The notes below the pieces were generated by a model. That model made no database searches. It had not been told where the DNA came from and saw only the letters and a program-made list of their open reading frames with translations. A stretch of 64,000 bases of DNA from an uncultured Gemmatimonadaceae bacterium (lineage in GTDB: Bacteria > Gemmatimonadota > Gemmatimonadetes > Gemmatimonadales > GWC2-71-9), in NCBI GenBank assembly GCA_964348295.1, contig CAYGBV010000013.1:5993-69992 (forward strand). Reading direction: 5' to 3'. The translations under genes were made by a program, and so were the position numbers. Each line of letters starts with the position of its first letter. The first letter of the stretch is position 1. Shown in pieces: positions 19,731-30,321 of this stretch.

Positions 19731-22574
19731 ATGCCATCGGTCCTCTATCGACTATGTGAAGCGCTGCTACCCGACTACGAGGTGGAGGGCGAGATCGCCA
19801 GCGGCGGCATGGGCATGGTGTTCCTCGCTCGGGATGTGGCGCTGGACCGCATGGTGGCCATCAAGATCATTCGACCCGAGATGGCCACCGCCGAGGCCAC
19901 CGATCGTTTCGTCAAGGAAGCCCGCATGCTGGCCAGCGTGCGCCACCCCAACGCCGTCGCGATCCATCGGGCGGGAGAGGCCAAGGGCTTCTTCTATTAC
20001 GTCATGGATCTGGTGGAGGGCGAGACGCTGGAGCGCCGGCTCAGGAAGCACGGACCGCTCTCGCGTGACGAGGCCACAAAGCTGGGTCGCGACCTGCTGG
20101 ACGCGCTGGAGGCGGTACACAGGGCCGGCGTGATTCACCGGGACATCAAGCCCACCAACATCTTCCGCCAAGGCGGCCGCTGGCTGCTGGCTGACTTTGG
20201 GATCTCGACGACCGCTGGGTCCCAGCCCGCTGCGCGGCCCGGCCCCGTCGGCGTCTCGGGCACGCCGGGTTACATGCCCCCCGAGCAGGCGTTCGGGTGG
20301 GAAGTGACACCCAGAACGGACCTCTATGCCGTCGGAATGGTGCTCTACGAGGCCCTCACGGGCCGCCGCTGGGAGGCGTTGCTCCCCGACGAGCAGGGCG
20401 ACTGGTCCGGCGTAGCGCACAGCCTCCAGCCTATCCTCAAGAAGGCGCTGGCCTGGGAGCCCGGGGACCGCTGGCCCGACGCCCGCTCGTTCCGCCATGC
20501 CTTGTGGCGCACCCGCACGACCAAGTACCGGCGCCGCACGTTGATCCTCACGGTCTCCGGACTCGCCGCGGGTGCGGCGATCGCGTACGTGGCAGCGGGT
20601 GGCCGGGCGGCGCCAGGCGAGCTGCCCTACGCGGACCTGGCGGTGCTTCCCTTCGACGTGCGGGGTGAGGCCGATCCCGATCTCGGATGGAACCTCGCGG
20701 GCCTCGCGCGCTTCGACCTTGAGACTTTCCTCAGGCTCACACCCACCCACGCCGTGATAGCGTGGCGGGACTCGACGGGCGAGGAGGCCGTCTTGCGCGA
20801 CGCACCCAGCCAGCTGCGGGCGCGCTATGTGGCCACCGGCATCGTGGAGCAGCTCGACGACAGCGCGGCGATTCACCTCTCGGTCGTGGACTCCGCAGGC
20901 CGCGTACACTCCGCCGGCACCGTGCGCGGGCCCGCAGCCGATCTGGCAGGCGTGGGACAACGCATCAGCCTGGACCTCGCGCGCATCGCGGCGCCGGACC
21001 GCTACCTCGACGAGTACCGTCCCGCGCCGGCGCTCAGCGGCCAGAGCAACGAGGGCCTGCGGGCGTTCCTCGCAGGCGAGCGCGCGTTTCACGGCAACGC
21101 GTGGCGCACTGCGGTGGATCATTACCGCGCCGCCATCGAGCTCGACCGCGAGTTCCCCCTGGCGGAGTGGCGCCTGGCCGAGGCGTGGCGCTGGCTGCTG
21201 ACCGGCGATCCCCCGCCGGTGGATCTTGCCCGGCTGCTGGCGGAGCACCGCGACGAGCTGGGCGAGCTGGACCGGCGTCTCATCGAGGCGCAGTTGGCGC
21301 CCAGCCTGGAAGAGCGGTTGCAGCGCTACGAGGAGGCGGTGGCCGAGTTCCCCCGGGACGGGTATGCCACCTACCTCTACGGCGAAGAGATCATGCACCG
21401 TGGCCCCCTGGCCGGGGTGCCGCTCGACTCGGCCGCTGTGCTACTGGAGGCGGCGGTGGCGAAGGCGCCGCGCTCGGGACCCGCGTGGGAGCATCTCGTG
21501 TGGGTGGCGATGCGCCTCGGCAGGCAGGAGGACGCGCGCCGCGCCCTGGATCGGTTCTGGCAGGTGGCGGCGCCGGAGGAGGAGGTCGATATCTTCCAGC
21601 CCCCGCTGCTGGAGCTAGCCTACCAGGCGCTATTCGAGCCCGAGCAGGCGGGGCCGCCGCCCGACGAGCTGCTGCTCTCCCCCGTCCTCATCGCGAACTT
21701 CCGCACTGCAGCCGGGATGGGAGCGTACGCGGTGCAGGCGTACATAGCGGGGTTGATCCTGGCCGATCCGCGCGCCGACGATGGTGCCAGGGCAATCGCG
21801 TCTGAGGGAGCCGGTCTCGCGCTGTTCGCCCTGGGCCGCGTGGCGGAGGCGCTGCGCGCGCTCGACGCGGCGGCGGCATTGTTCGGCACGCTCGCGGCAG
21901 CGATCGAGAGCGCGGAGTGGCGCGTGGTCGCCCCGGCACTGGGAGTCCCCGCCGTCAGTGACCAAGAGATTGCGGCGGGGCGGAACGCCCTGGAGCAACT
22001 CCTACAAGATGACAGCTTAGCCGCCCGGGCAGCGTGGGCGCTCGCGCTCGATGCATACGCGCGCGGTGACACGACGGCCGCAGCGGAGCTGCGAATGAGG
22101 CTGGGAACCCTCGCAGCCGACAGCGGTGCCGCGCGGCTCGCCACGCAGCTCGACGCCTTCGCTCACGCGGCGCGCCACCGCTGGGACCTGGCGCTCGACA
22201 CCTCAGAGCCGCTGCTCAGGCTCGACTCCGCGGGGCACCGCAGCGGCGATCCCTTCGCGCGAGCCGTGCTGCACTGGAAGCGCGGGGAGTGGCTGGAAAC
22301 ACTGGGCCGCCACGACGAGGCCGATCGGCAGCGGCTGTGGTACGAGCAGATGGAGATAAGGGAGGAGCTCTCGGGAGAGGCCGAAGCCGCCGAGATCGAT
22401 TGGGCCCTGGGACCCTACATGGAGTTTCTCCGCGCGCAGGCGGCGCTGGAGCGGGGCGACGACGCTGCGCTGTGCCGCCACGTGCTGCGCCTCGCTGCCC
22501 TGTGGGGTGAGCCCGACCCCGCCGTCGAACCGTGGGCGCAGCTCGTGCGCGAGCGCGCCGGGGAATGCCAGTGA
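19731..22574 (+). CDS. Membrane Hanks-type Ser/Thr kinase with TolB-N-like and TPR ectodomain
   Basis: GGMGMVF, VAIK, HRDIKPTN, ADFG, GTPGYMPPE; TM helix TLILTVSGLAAGAAIAYV; LAVLPF then TPR-like helices. Confidence 0.88.
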   Translation: MPSVLYRLCEALLPDYEVEGEIASGGMGMVFLARDVALDRMVAIKIIRPEMATAEATDRFVKEARMLASVRHPNAVAIHRAGEAKGFFYYVMDLVEGETLERRLRKHGPLSRDEATKLGRDLLDALEAVHRAGVIHRDIKPTNIFRQGGRWLLADFGISTTAGSQPAARPGPVGVSGTPGYMPPEQAFGWEVTPRTDLYAVGMVLYEALTGRRWEALLPDEQGDWSGVAHSLQPILKKALAWEPGDRWPDARSFRHALWRTRTTKYRRRTLILTVSGLAAGAAIAYVAAGGRAAPGELPYADLAVLPFDVRGEADPDLGWNLAGLARFDLETFLRLTPTHAVIAWRDSTGEEAVLRDAPSQLRARYVATGIVEQLDDSAAIHLSVVDSAGRVHSAGTVRGPAADLAGVGQRISLDLARIAAPDRYLDEYRPAPALSGQSNEGLRAFLAGERAFHGNAWRTAVDHYRAAIELDREFPLAEWRLAEAWRWLLTGDPPPVDLARLLAEHRDELGELDRRLIEAQLAPSLEERLQRYEEAVAEFPRDGYATYLYGEEIMHRGPLAGVPLDSAAVLLEAAVAKAPRSGPAWEHLVWVAMRLGRQEDARRALDRFWQVAAPEEEVDIFQPPLLELAYQALFEPEQAGPPPDELLLSPVLIANFRTAAGMGAYAVQAYIAGLILADPRADDGARAIASEGAGLALFALGRVAEALRALDAAAALFGTLAAAIESAEWRVVAPALGVPAVSDQEIAAGRNALEQLLQDDSLAARAAWALALDAYARGDTTAAAELRMRLGTLAADSGAARLATQLDAFAHAARHRWDLALDTSEPLLRLDSAGHRSGDPFARAVLHWKRGEWLETLGRHDEADRQRLWYEQMEIREELSGEAEAAEIDWALGPYMEFLRAQAALERGDDAALCRHVLRLAALWGEPDPAVEPWAQLVRERAGECQ

Positions 22575-24466
22575 CAATCGCCTGCCGCACACTCGGGCCC
22601 GTCGAGGTCACCGTCGACGGCGCCGCGCCGCCGCCGGAGATGCTGTGGCGCAAGAATCTCGCGCTCTTGGTGTACCTCGCGCACTCCCCCAAGCGGGCGC
22701 GCACGCGCGAGCACCTGATCGGGCTCCTGTGGGCCGAGAAGCCGGAGTCCTCCGCCCGTCATTCCCTGCGCGAAGCCATCCGGGTGCTGCGCCGCGCGGT
22801 GGGGGAAGACCAGCTCACCACCGAGCACGACCAGGTGCTGCTAGACGGGGACGCGGTGCAGCTCGACACCGAGCGGTTCGCGGCGCTGGAGCAGGAGGGT
22901 GCGTGGCACGAGGCCGCCGAGCTCGTAGCCGGCGACTTCCTCGAGGGGTTCAGCGTGCCGGACGCCTCGGCGTTCGAGGACTGGCTCGGCGCGGAGCGCC
23001 TCAAGTGGCGCCGCCGCGGTGTAACCGCGCGCGTCAACTGGGCGCAGGTGTTGCTGGACCGCGGACTGGTGACAGAAGCGGCTGAGACCGCGGCACGGGC
23101 GCTCGAGGTCGACCCCGGCGCCAATGGTGGCGTCCAGGTCGCCATGAAGGCACTGGCCATCACGGGTGATCGCAGCGGAGCGCTCGCGCGCTACGAGCAG
23201 TTCACCGCGCGGCTCGCGGAGATGGATGCCGCACCGGATGCCGACACCACCGCGCTGGCCGCGCGGGTCCGACAGGAACGGGTGTGGCGGCTCTCGGGTG
23301 ATGTCCCGACTGAGCCAGACCGCGGCGCCGAGTTGCGCCGCACCCCACTCGTGGGGCGCGAGCGAGAGCTGGAGCACCTGCTCGAGGCGCTGGAGACGTG
23401 CACGCGGGAGCGGCGCGCCACTGCGTGCATCATCGAGGCCGACTCGGGTCTCGGCAAGTCGCGTCTCGCCGAGGAGCTGCTCGCCAGAGCACGCCTCGAT
23501 GGCGCGGCCTCGGCCACCGTCCGGGCCGTGGAGGCGGATGTCGAGCATCCGTGGAGCGGCGCCATCGGGCTGGCCCGGGGAGGGCTGCTCGACGCGGCAG
23601 GCCTCGCGGCCGCTTCGCCCGCCGCCCTCGGAGCGTTCGCTACCGAGATCCCCGAGTGGGCAGACCGTTTCGGGGCCGGAACCGGCTCCGCGACGTCGCT
23701 CGGAGAGGCGCTGCGCGACGTGCTGCGAGCCATCACCGAAGAGCAAGCGGTGGTGCTGCTGCTGGACGACGCGCACTGGCTCGACCGCGATTCCCTGCTG
23801 GCACTGATCGCCGCCGTGCGCGACCTCGCCTCATTCCCCGTGCTGGTGCTGTTCGCCGTTCAACCGCAACAGCCCTGCCCCGAGCTGGACGACCTGCGCT
23901 CCCGGATCGGGCGGGACGTTCCGGGGATCACGGTCCGCCTGGAGGCCCTCGACCTGGAGGCGGTGCGGCAGCTCGCGGGTTGGGCGGTGCCGGCGTTCGC
24001 CGACGCCGAGCGTGACCGCCTCGCCCGGCGCGTGGCTGCCGACTCGGCGGGGCTCCCCCTGCTGGCCGTTGAGTTGCTGCACGCAGTGGCGTTGGGCCTG
24101 GATCTGGGAACCATCACCGGTGCGTGGCCCGAGCCCGCCAAGACGCTCGATCAGACCCTGCCTACCGACCTCCCCGACGCGGTCGTGGCAGCCGTTCGCG
24201 TGGGGTTCCGTCGCCTCACCAAGCAGGCACAACAGGTGCTGGCCGCGGCCGCCGTGCTGAGCGATCGCGTGGCGGTGGCTCGCCTGGAGCGCGCCACCGG
24301 GCTGGAGGGAGCCACACTCCTCGCCGCCCTGGACGAGCTCGAGTGGCAGCGCTGGCTCGCCGCCGAGCCGCGCGGCTACGCGTTCGTAGCGCGCATCGTG
24401 CGGGACATCGTTGCGCGCGACATGCTCACCGAGGGGCAACGGCAGCGGATTCTGGCGAGTGACTAG
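22571..24466 (+). CDS. SARP/AfsR-like regulator: winged HTH + BTAD + STAND-type ATPase
   Basis: LALLVYLA...REHLIGLLW...ARHSLR (wHTH), FEDWLGAER (BTAD), PLVGREREL, SGLGKSRL (Walker A), LLLDDAHWLD (Walker B); start 22565 or 22571. Confidence 0.85.
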   Translation: MTIACRTLGPVEVTVDGAAPPPEMLWRKNLALLVYLAHSPKRARTREHLIGLLWAEKPESSARHSLREAIRVLRRAVGEDQLTTEHDQVLLDGDAVQLDTERFAALEQEGAWHEAAELVAGDFLEGFSVPDASAFEDWLGAERLKWRRRGVTARVNWAQVLLDRGLVTEAAETAARALEVDPGANGGVQVAMKALAITGDRSGALARYEQFTARLAEMDAAPDADTTALAARVRQERVWRLSGDVPTEPDRGAELRRTPLVGRERELEHLLEALETCTRERRATACIIEADSGLGKSRLAEELLARARLDGAASATVRAVEADVEHPWSGAIGLARGGLLDAAGLAAASPAALGAFATEIPEWADRFGAGTGSATSLGEALRDVLRAITEEQAVVLLLDDAHWLDRDSLLALIAAVRDLASFPVLVLFAVQPQQPCPELDDLRSRIGRDVPGITVRLEALDLEAVRQLAGWAVPAFADAERDRLARRVAADSAGLPLLAVELLHAVALGLDLGTITGAWPEPAKTLDQTLPTDLPDAVVAAVRVGFRRLTKQAQQVLAAAAVLSDRVAVARLERATGLEGATLLAALDELEWQRWLAAEPRGYAFVARIVRDIVARDMLTEGQRQRILASD

Positions 24467-24527
24467 CTGCTTGCACCGGGTACCCGCGCCCCCCATCTTG
24501 CGGGAGGAGGAACTCACCGCCTAGAGC

Positions 24528-27500
24528 ATGTCTGCTCAAGAAAGCAGCTGTCTCGTCTGCAACAGTCCGCTTCCCGTGGGCGCCTCCTTCTGCCCCACGT
24601 GCGGCCGGGCCACGCCCCCCAGTGGCGTCAAGGCACCCCCGCCACCCATCGACGCCGAGACAACCACTACCGGTGACGAACGCTTCCGCCAGGTGAAGCA
24701 GGCCCTGGCTGACCGCTACGTCATCGAGCGGGAGATCGGTCGCGGCGGGATGGCGACCGTCTACCTGGCGCACGACTTGAAGCACAATCGGCACGTGGCG
24801 GTGAAGGTGCTGTCCCCGGAGCTTGCGACGGTCCTGGGACCGCAACGGTTCCTGCGGGAGATCGAGATCACCGCGCGGTTACAGCACCCGCACATCCTCC
24901 CCGTCCACGACTCCGGTGCGGCCAGCGGCTTGCTCTACTACGTGATGCCGTACGTGGAGGGAGAGTCGCTGCGCGACCGCATGAAGCGCGAGCGGCAGCT
25001 CCCGCTCGAGGAGGCGCTCCAGCTCATCCGCGAGGTGGCGGCCGCCCTGAGCTACGCGCATGCGCGCGACGTCGTGCATCGCGACATCAAGCCCGAGAAC
25101 ATCCTGCTCTCCGCCGGGCACGCCCAGGTAGCCGACTTCGGGGTGGCGCGCGCCATCAGCGCGGCGGGCAGCGAGACCATCACGCAGACGGGCGCCGTGG
25201 TGGGAACGCCGGCGTACATGGCGCCCGAGCAGGCCTCGGGTGGCGGGGAGATCGACGGACGCGCCGATCTCTACGCCCTCGCCGCGGTCGCCTGCGAATC
25301 CCTCACGGGGCAGCGCATGGAGATGTTCAGCGACGTGTCGTCGGCGGAGCGGGCGCTCCTCACCGTGCGGCCCGACCTGAACCCCAGTCAGGCCCGGGCG
25401 CTGGCCGCCCCCCTTGCGCTGGACCGGCAGCGGCGGCCGGCAACCGCCGACGACTGGCTGGACGCGCTCAAGCAGGCGGAGGGCACATCGCGCTCCGTCA
25501 AGTGGGCGGTCGGGCTCGTTGCCGCGGCACTGCTCGGTGCGCTCGGCGGGTGGTGGATCTGGGGGGTGCCGTGGGGCGGCGGCGGTGCGGGGGCGTCGTT
25601 TCCCACTATCGCCGTGCTCCCGTTCTCGGTGTCTGGAAGCGTCGAGGGCGTCGACCTCGCGACGGCGCTGCCCCAGGCATTCGAGGACCAGCTTCACTGG
25701 CTGCCGGAATACCGCGTGGTGAACACCGAGCGGGTGCGCAACGCCATTGCCGAGCACTTCCGGTCCACCGCTCCCGACCGCGATACCGTGACCGGCTACG
25801 TCGCCGCCAGCCTCGGAGCGTCGGAGATCCTGTGGGGGACGGTCGAGGTCGCGGCTGCCGGTGACCTGCGGATCGAGGTACAGGTGCGCGAGGGAGAGAC
25901 TCAGCGCCTGATCCGCACCGCGGATGCCGCGGGCCCGCCTGACAGCCTGTCGGCCATCGTGTCGAGCATAGTCTCCCACGCCTTCGCCGAACGCGTCGCC
26001 GGTGAGCGGGCCGGTTGGAATCCGGCACTGCCCACCGGGTTGCACGCGTTCAACGCGTATTACGAGGGGGACACCTACTTCCGACGCGCGGCCTACGACC
26101 TGGCGATCGAGCGGTTCAACGAGGTGATCCGGCTCGACTCGTCGTTCGCGCCCGCGTACTTCAAGCGCATGCTCGCCGAGGTCTTGCGCATCCAGCCGAC
26201 GCGGGCGACGGGCGCGGCGCGCTCCGCCCTGGATGCCGCACGCCGCTACAAGGACGGCCTTGATCCCACCACCCAGATGCTGATGGAGGGCTACGAGATT
26301 CTGGTCAGTGAGGGCGATCTCGAGCGGGCGCAAGAGGTGTTACAGGGCATCGTCGAGCAGCATCCCGACGCGGTGGATGCCTGGTTCATGCTCGGCTTCC
26401 TCAAGGTCTACTTCGGGACCCTCCTGGGAATCGAGCCCACCTCGGCACGCTGGGAGTTCCAGCAGGTGCACGAGCGAGACCCGGAGTTTGCCCCCGCCAT
26501 CGGCCAACTCGCCCTGATTGCGGTTCTCGACGAGGCCGATGCCGAAGCCCAGAGGTACATGGGTCAGTACCTGCAGATCGACAGCACCTCCGTCTGGGCG
26601 GAGCTGGTGCGCATGGTGGACTCGCTCCTCTACCAGGGATCGTCGGCGGCACTCAGCGTGACCGGCTCAGTCGACCGCCGACCACCCACCGTCCTCGAGA
26701 TGTTCGCCCTCTCTGCCGGCGACTTCGGGCAGCCCCTCTCACTCCGGGAGACGGCGCGCCTCGCGGTGCGCTCGCTGTGGCGACGCGCGACCACAGACAC
26801 CGACCGGAGCGTCGCCTTCCGCATGCAGATGGCCAGGCTGCTCGGCACCGGCCAGGCCGCGTCGGCGGACTCACTGATGCGGGTCGCCCGGCGGCGCGAT
26901 GTCGAGCGGAGTGACCTGGACAAGTGGATCGTGCTCACCGCCGTGACGGGCGTGGCGTCACTGGCAGATTCGGCAACTCAAGCCGCAGCGGCACGCAGGC
27001 TTCTGGCCCGCGACGGCGACGCGATAGCCCTCTGGCTCGCGGCCCGGTGGCACCGCGACCGGGACGCGGCGGCGGCGGCCGACGCGGCACGACGACTGCA
27101 AGCGCTGGCCGAAGACAGCGCAACTGCGACACCCGCCGAGCGAAGCCTGCGCGCCGATCTCGACGCCCTCGATCTGTTGGCGAGCGGTGATACGGCCGCC
27201 GCCCTGCGTACCTGGCGGGAGGCCACACAGCGCCACCGCATCGAGCACGTCACCTTCGGTCTGCTCGGGTCGATGTGGCCGCTGCGCCTCGAGCGCGCGC
27301 GGGTGGCTACTGCGTTCGAAGACTACGACGAGGTGCTGGTCGCCACCCGCAGCTTCGAGCACATGGCCGGATTCGTCGATCAGGTGGCCTGGCCGGAGGT
27401 GTGGCCGCTGCGTGCCGATGCATTCATCGCGATCGGGGAGGCATCCAGCGCTCGGCGCATCTACCGCACGCTCACCAGCGTCTGGCGCGACGCCAACGGC

Positions 27501-27581
27501 GAGCGCGCGGCGTTGCCCGACTCGGCGGCACAATGGCTCGAGCGGGTGCAGCGCATGCCAGACCGTCCTGTCTCGAACTAA
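24528..27581 (+). CDS. Membrane Ser/Thr kinase with N-terminal zinc ribbon and TPR ectodomain
   Basis: CLVC...CPTC; GRGGMATVY, VAVK, HRDIKPEN, ADFG, GTPAYMAPE; TM WAVGLVAAALLGALGGWWIW; IAVLPF. Confidence 0.9.
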   Translation: MSAQESSCLVCNSPLPVGASFCPTCGRATPPSGVKAPPPPIDAETTTTGDERFRQVKQALADRYVIEREIGRGGMATVYLAHDLKHNRHVAVKVLSPELATVLGPQRFLREIEITARLQHPHILPVHDSGAASGLLYYVMPYVEGESLRDRMKRERQLPLEEALQLIREVAAALSYAHARDVVHRDIKPENILLSAGHAQVADFGVARAISAAGSETITQTGAVVGTPAYMAPEQASGGGEIDGRADLYALAAVACESLTGQRMEMFSDVSSAERALLTVRPDLNPSQARALAAPLALDRQRRPATADDWLDALKQAEGTSRSVKWAVGLVAAALLGALGGWWIWGVPWGGGGAGASFPTIAVLPFSVSGSVEGVDLATALPQAFEDQLHWLPEYRVVNTERVRNAIAEHFRSTAPDRDTVTGYVAASLGASEILWGTVEVAAAGDLRIEVQVREGETQRLIRTADAAGPPDSLSAIVSSIVSHAFAERVAGERAGWNPALPTGLHAFNAYYEGDTYFRRAAYDLAIERFNEVIRLDSSFAPAYFKRMLAEVLRIQPTRATGAARSALDAARRYKDGLDPTTQMLMEGYEILVSEGDLERAQEVLQGIVEQHPDAVDAWFMLGFLKVYFGTLLGIEPTSARWEFQQVHERDPEFAPAIGQLALIAVLDEADAEAQRYMGQYLQIDSTSVWAELVRMVDSLLYQGSSAALSVTGSVDRRPPTVLEMFALSAGDFGQPLSLRETARLAVRSLWRRATTDTDRSVAFRMQMARLLGTGQAASADSLMRVARRRDVERSDLDKWIVLTAVTGVASLADSATQAAAARRLLARDGDAIALWLAARWHRDRDAAAAADAARRLQALAEDSATATPAERSLRADLDALDLLASGDTAAALRTWREATQRHRIEHVTFGLLGSMWPLRLERARVATAFEDYDEVLVATRSFEHMAGFVDQVAWPEVWPLRADAFIAIGEASSARRIYRTLTSVWRDANGERAALPDSAAQWLERVQRMPDRPVSN

Positions 27582-27609
27582 CGGCAGTCAGCCCGGCACT
27601 CGGGGGGCC

Positions 27610-30303
27610 ATGTCCCGCCGCGGCTTCGTATTCGGACTCTCGCCACGCATATGCTGGCGCGTCGCCGCCGGCATCGCGCTGGCCAGCCTGCCGCTGTCTC
27701 CCGCCGCCGCACAGCAAGCGAGCCTATCCGGAACCGTGACCGACTCGGCCTCGGGCGCCCCCGTCGATGGCGTTCGCGTGGACCTGCTCATCAACAGTGA
27801 CTTGATCTCGCGGGTGTACACCGATCAAGCGGGGGCCTTCCGGTTCGGCGCGCTCACCCCGGGCCGCTACGTAGCGGTCTTCACGCGCATCGGCCACCGC
27901 GGAAGGATCGAGGACTTCGAGCTCGCGGCGGGTCAGTCGCACACGCTCACCGTCGTGCTCGCGCCGCTGGCCTTCACGGTCAATCCCATCATCGTCACGG
28001 CCTCGCGCACCGAGCAAAAGGCGCTCGACGCGCCGGCCTCAGTGTCGGTGATCGAGACGCGCGCCATCGAGGAGCACAACGCGCTGACCGCGGTGGACCA
28101 CGTCGCCGCGGTAGCCGCCGTGGACTTCGCCCAGACGGGAGTCACCCAGCACGAGATCGTGGTACGAGGATTCAACAACGTGGCCTCCGGTGCCCTCCTG
28201 GCCCTGAGCGACTACCGCTACATCTCGGTCCCCTCACTGCGCATCAACGTCTTCAACTTCATCCCCGTCACCAACGACGATCTGGAACGGATCGAGGTGG
28301 TTCGAGGACCGGGTTCGGCCCTGTACGGCCCGAACAGCGCCAACGGCGTGATGCACCTGATCACGCGAACGCCGTTCGAGCATCCCGGTGGGGTGGTGTC
28401 GCTGGCCGGCGGCTCGGCACCCCTGGCGCAGGGCGCGGTGCGCTACGCCACCACCATCGGCGAGCACATCGGCCTCAAGCTGTCGGCCCAGTACCTGAGG
28501 GGCGAGGACTGGCAGTACGTGGACTCCACGGAGCAGGGGAACCGCGCCAGGGCCATCGCCCAGGGTGCGGACCCGGACACGCTGCTCATTGGCGCGCGGG
28601 ACTCGGTGGTGGAGCGGCTCTCGGGAGAGCTAAGGCTCGACTGGAGACTCACCGACCGAACCGAGTGGGTGACGGCGTTCGGACTGAACGACGCGCTCCG
28701 CAACGTCGACCTCACGCCCCTCGGTGCGGCCCAGGTCCAGGATTGGCGCTACTTCTACGCCCAGACCCGCCTGCGTCACGGGCGTCTCTTTGCCCAGGCC
28801 TTCGTGAACTGGAGCGATGCCGCCGACACCTATCTGCTGCGCAACGGCAACACGGTGCAGGACAACTCCTACATGGTAGTCGGGCAGGTACAGCACGGTT
28901 CGACGGTGGGCGATGCCACGAGCCTGATCTACGGCCTCGACTTCCAGAGCACCGTGCCGCGGACCGACAGCACCATTACCGGGCGCAACGAGGAAGACGA
29001 CCTGATCAACGAGGTCGGCGCGTACCTCCATGCCGAGGCGTCTCTCGCGCCCACGTTGCTGCTCGTTGCGGCCGCCCGCGTGGATTACCACAACCGGCTG
29101 GACGATCCGGTCTTCTCGCCGCGCGCCGCCTTGGTGTACCAGGCGGCGCCGGCGCACACGCTGCGGCTCACGTACAACCGCGCGTTCTCCACCCCGACTA
29201 CCAACAACCTGTTCCTGGATCTGTTCGCCGACTCGCTGCGAGCGCCTACCGGCGTGACCCTCCCCTACGCCGTGCGGCTGGAAGGCGTGCCGGAAACGGG
29301 CTACACGTTCCGGCGTGACTGCAATGGGCTCTGTATGCGCTCGCCGTTCACCCCAGCGAGCGTGGGGAGCCCCGGCGACTTCATCCCGGTAGACGCCACC
29401 CTGCTGTGGGGTCCGCTGGTGGACACGTTGCTCACCTTCGGGATCGATATCTCCGCCATTCCGGCTCCCGGCAGCGCCCAGGTCGCGACGAATCTGGCAC
29501 GGCTCGACATCTCCGGCCCCGTACCGATCTTCGACCCGGTCACGGACGTGAGCGACATCCCCTCACTCGAGCCCACCATAACCAACACCGTGGAGCTCGG
29601 GTACAAGGGGCTCGTGGGCGACTGGCTCAGTCTGGGCCTGGACGTCTACTACACCTGGAAGAACGACTTCGTGAGCGCCGAGCAGGTGGAGACCCCGAAC
29701 GCCTTCTTCGACCAGCCGTCCCTGGCGAGCTACCTGGCCAACTTCATGCCGGCCGACTCGGCGCAGAATCTGGCGAGCCTGATCGCGCTGGTGCCGGTGG
29801 GCACGGTGACCCCGCAGCAGGCACTCGACCCGTGGGACATCATGGTCACCTACCGCAATTTCGGCGAGATCACCCTGTGGGGGGCCGACGTCGACGTGGC
29901 CGCGTTCCTGTCGCGTGCGTGGGCGGCGCGCGCCACGTATTCGTGGGTCAGTCGCAACGAGTTCGCGGTCGTGAACGCCGTCGGGCGGCCCGACACGATC
30001 CCGCTCAACGCATCGGCCAACAAGGGCTCCCTCGCGCTGTCGTACCGCAACGACCGCTGGGGCCTGAGCGGCGAGATCCGGGGCCGCGCCGTGCAAGGCT
30101 ACCCGGTCATGTCGGGCGTGTACCAGGGAGACGTCGAGTCATACGGGGTGGTGGACCTCGCGCTCGCCTACCGACTGCCGGTTCGCACCGACATTCTGAT
30201 CTCGCTGGGCGCGCTCAACCTGCTGGACAACCGGCATCAGGAGTTCATGGGGGCGCCCGAGATCGGGCGGCTCGTGACGCTCAGGGCGCGGGTGGCGTTC
30301 TAG
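27610..30303 (+). CDS. TonB-dependent receptor with N-terminal carboxypeptidase-regulatory-like domain
   Basis: Signal peptide, IIVTASRTEQ, ERIEVVRGPGSALYGPNSANGV plug motif, C-terminal NLLDNRHQE...RVAF. Confidence 0.92.
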   Translation: MSRRGFVFGLSPRICWRVAAGIALASLPLSPAAAQQASLSGTVTDSASGAPVDGVRVDLLINSDLISRVYTDQAGAFRFGALTPGRYVAVFTRIGHRGRIEDFELAAGQSHTLTVVLAPLAFTVNPIIVTASRTEQKALDAPASVSVIETRAIEEHNALTAVDHVAAVAAVDFAQTGVTQHEIVVRGFNNVASGALLALSDYRYISVPSLRINVFNFIPVTNDDLERIEVVRGPGSALYGPNSANGVMHLITRTPFEHPGGVVSLAGGSAPLAQGAVRYATTIGEHIGLKLSAQYLRGEDWQYVDSTEQGNRARAIAQGADPDTLLIGARDSVVERLSGELRLDWRLTDRTEWVTAFGLNDALRNVDLTPLGAAQVQDWRYFYAQTRLRHGRLFAQAFVNWSDAADTYLLRNGNTVQDNSYMVVGQVQHGSTVGDATSLIYGLDFQSTVPRTDSTITGRNEEDDLINEVGAYLHAEASLAPTLLLVAAARVDYHNRLDDPVFSPRAALVYQAAPAHTLRLTYNRAFSTPTTNNLFLDLFADSLRAPTGVTLPYAVRLEGVPETGYTFRRDCNGLCMRSPFTPASVGSPGDFIPVDATLLWGPLVDTLLTFGIDISAIPAPGSAQVATNLARLDISGPVPIFDPVTDVSDIPSLEPTITNTVELGYKGLVGDWLSLGLDVYYTWKNDFVSAEQVETPNAFFDQPSLASYLANFMPADSAQNLASLIALVPVGTVTPQQALDPWDIMVTYRNFGEITLWGADVDVAAFLSRAWAARATYSWVSRNEFAVVNAVGRPDTIPLNASANKGSLALSYRNDRWGLSGEIRGRAVQGYPVMSGVYQGDVESYGVVDLALAYRLPVRTDILISLGALNLLDNRHQEFMGAPEIGRLVTLRARVAF

Positions 30304-30321
30304 GCAAAGGGGGAGGGACGA

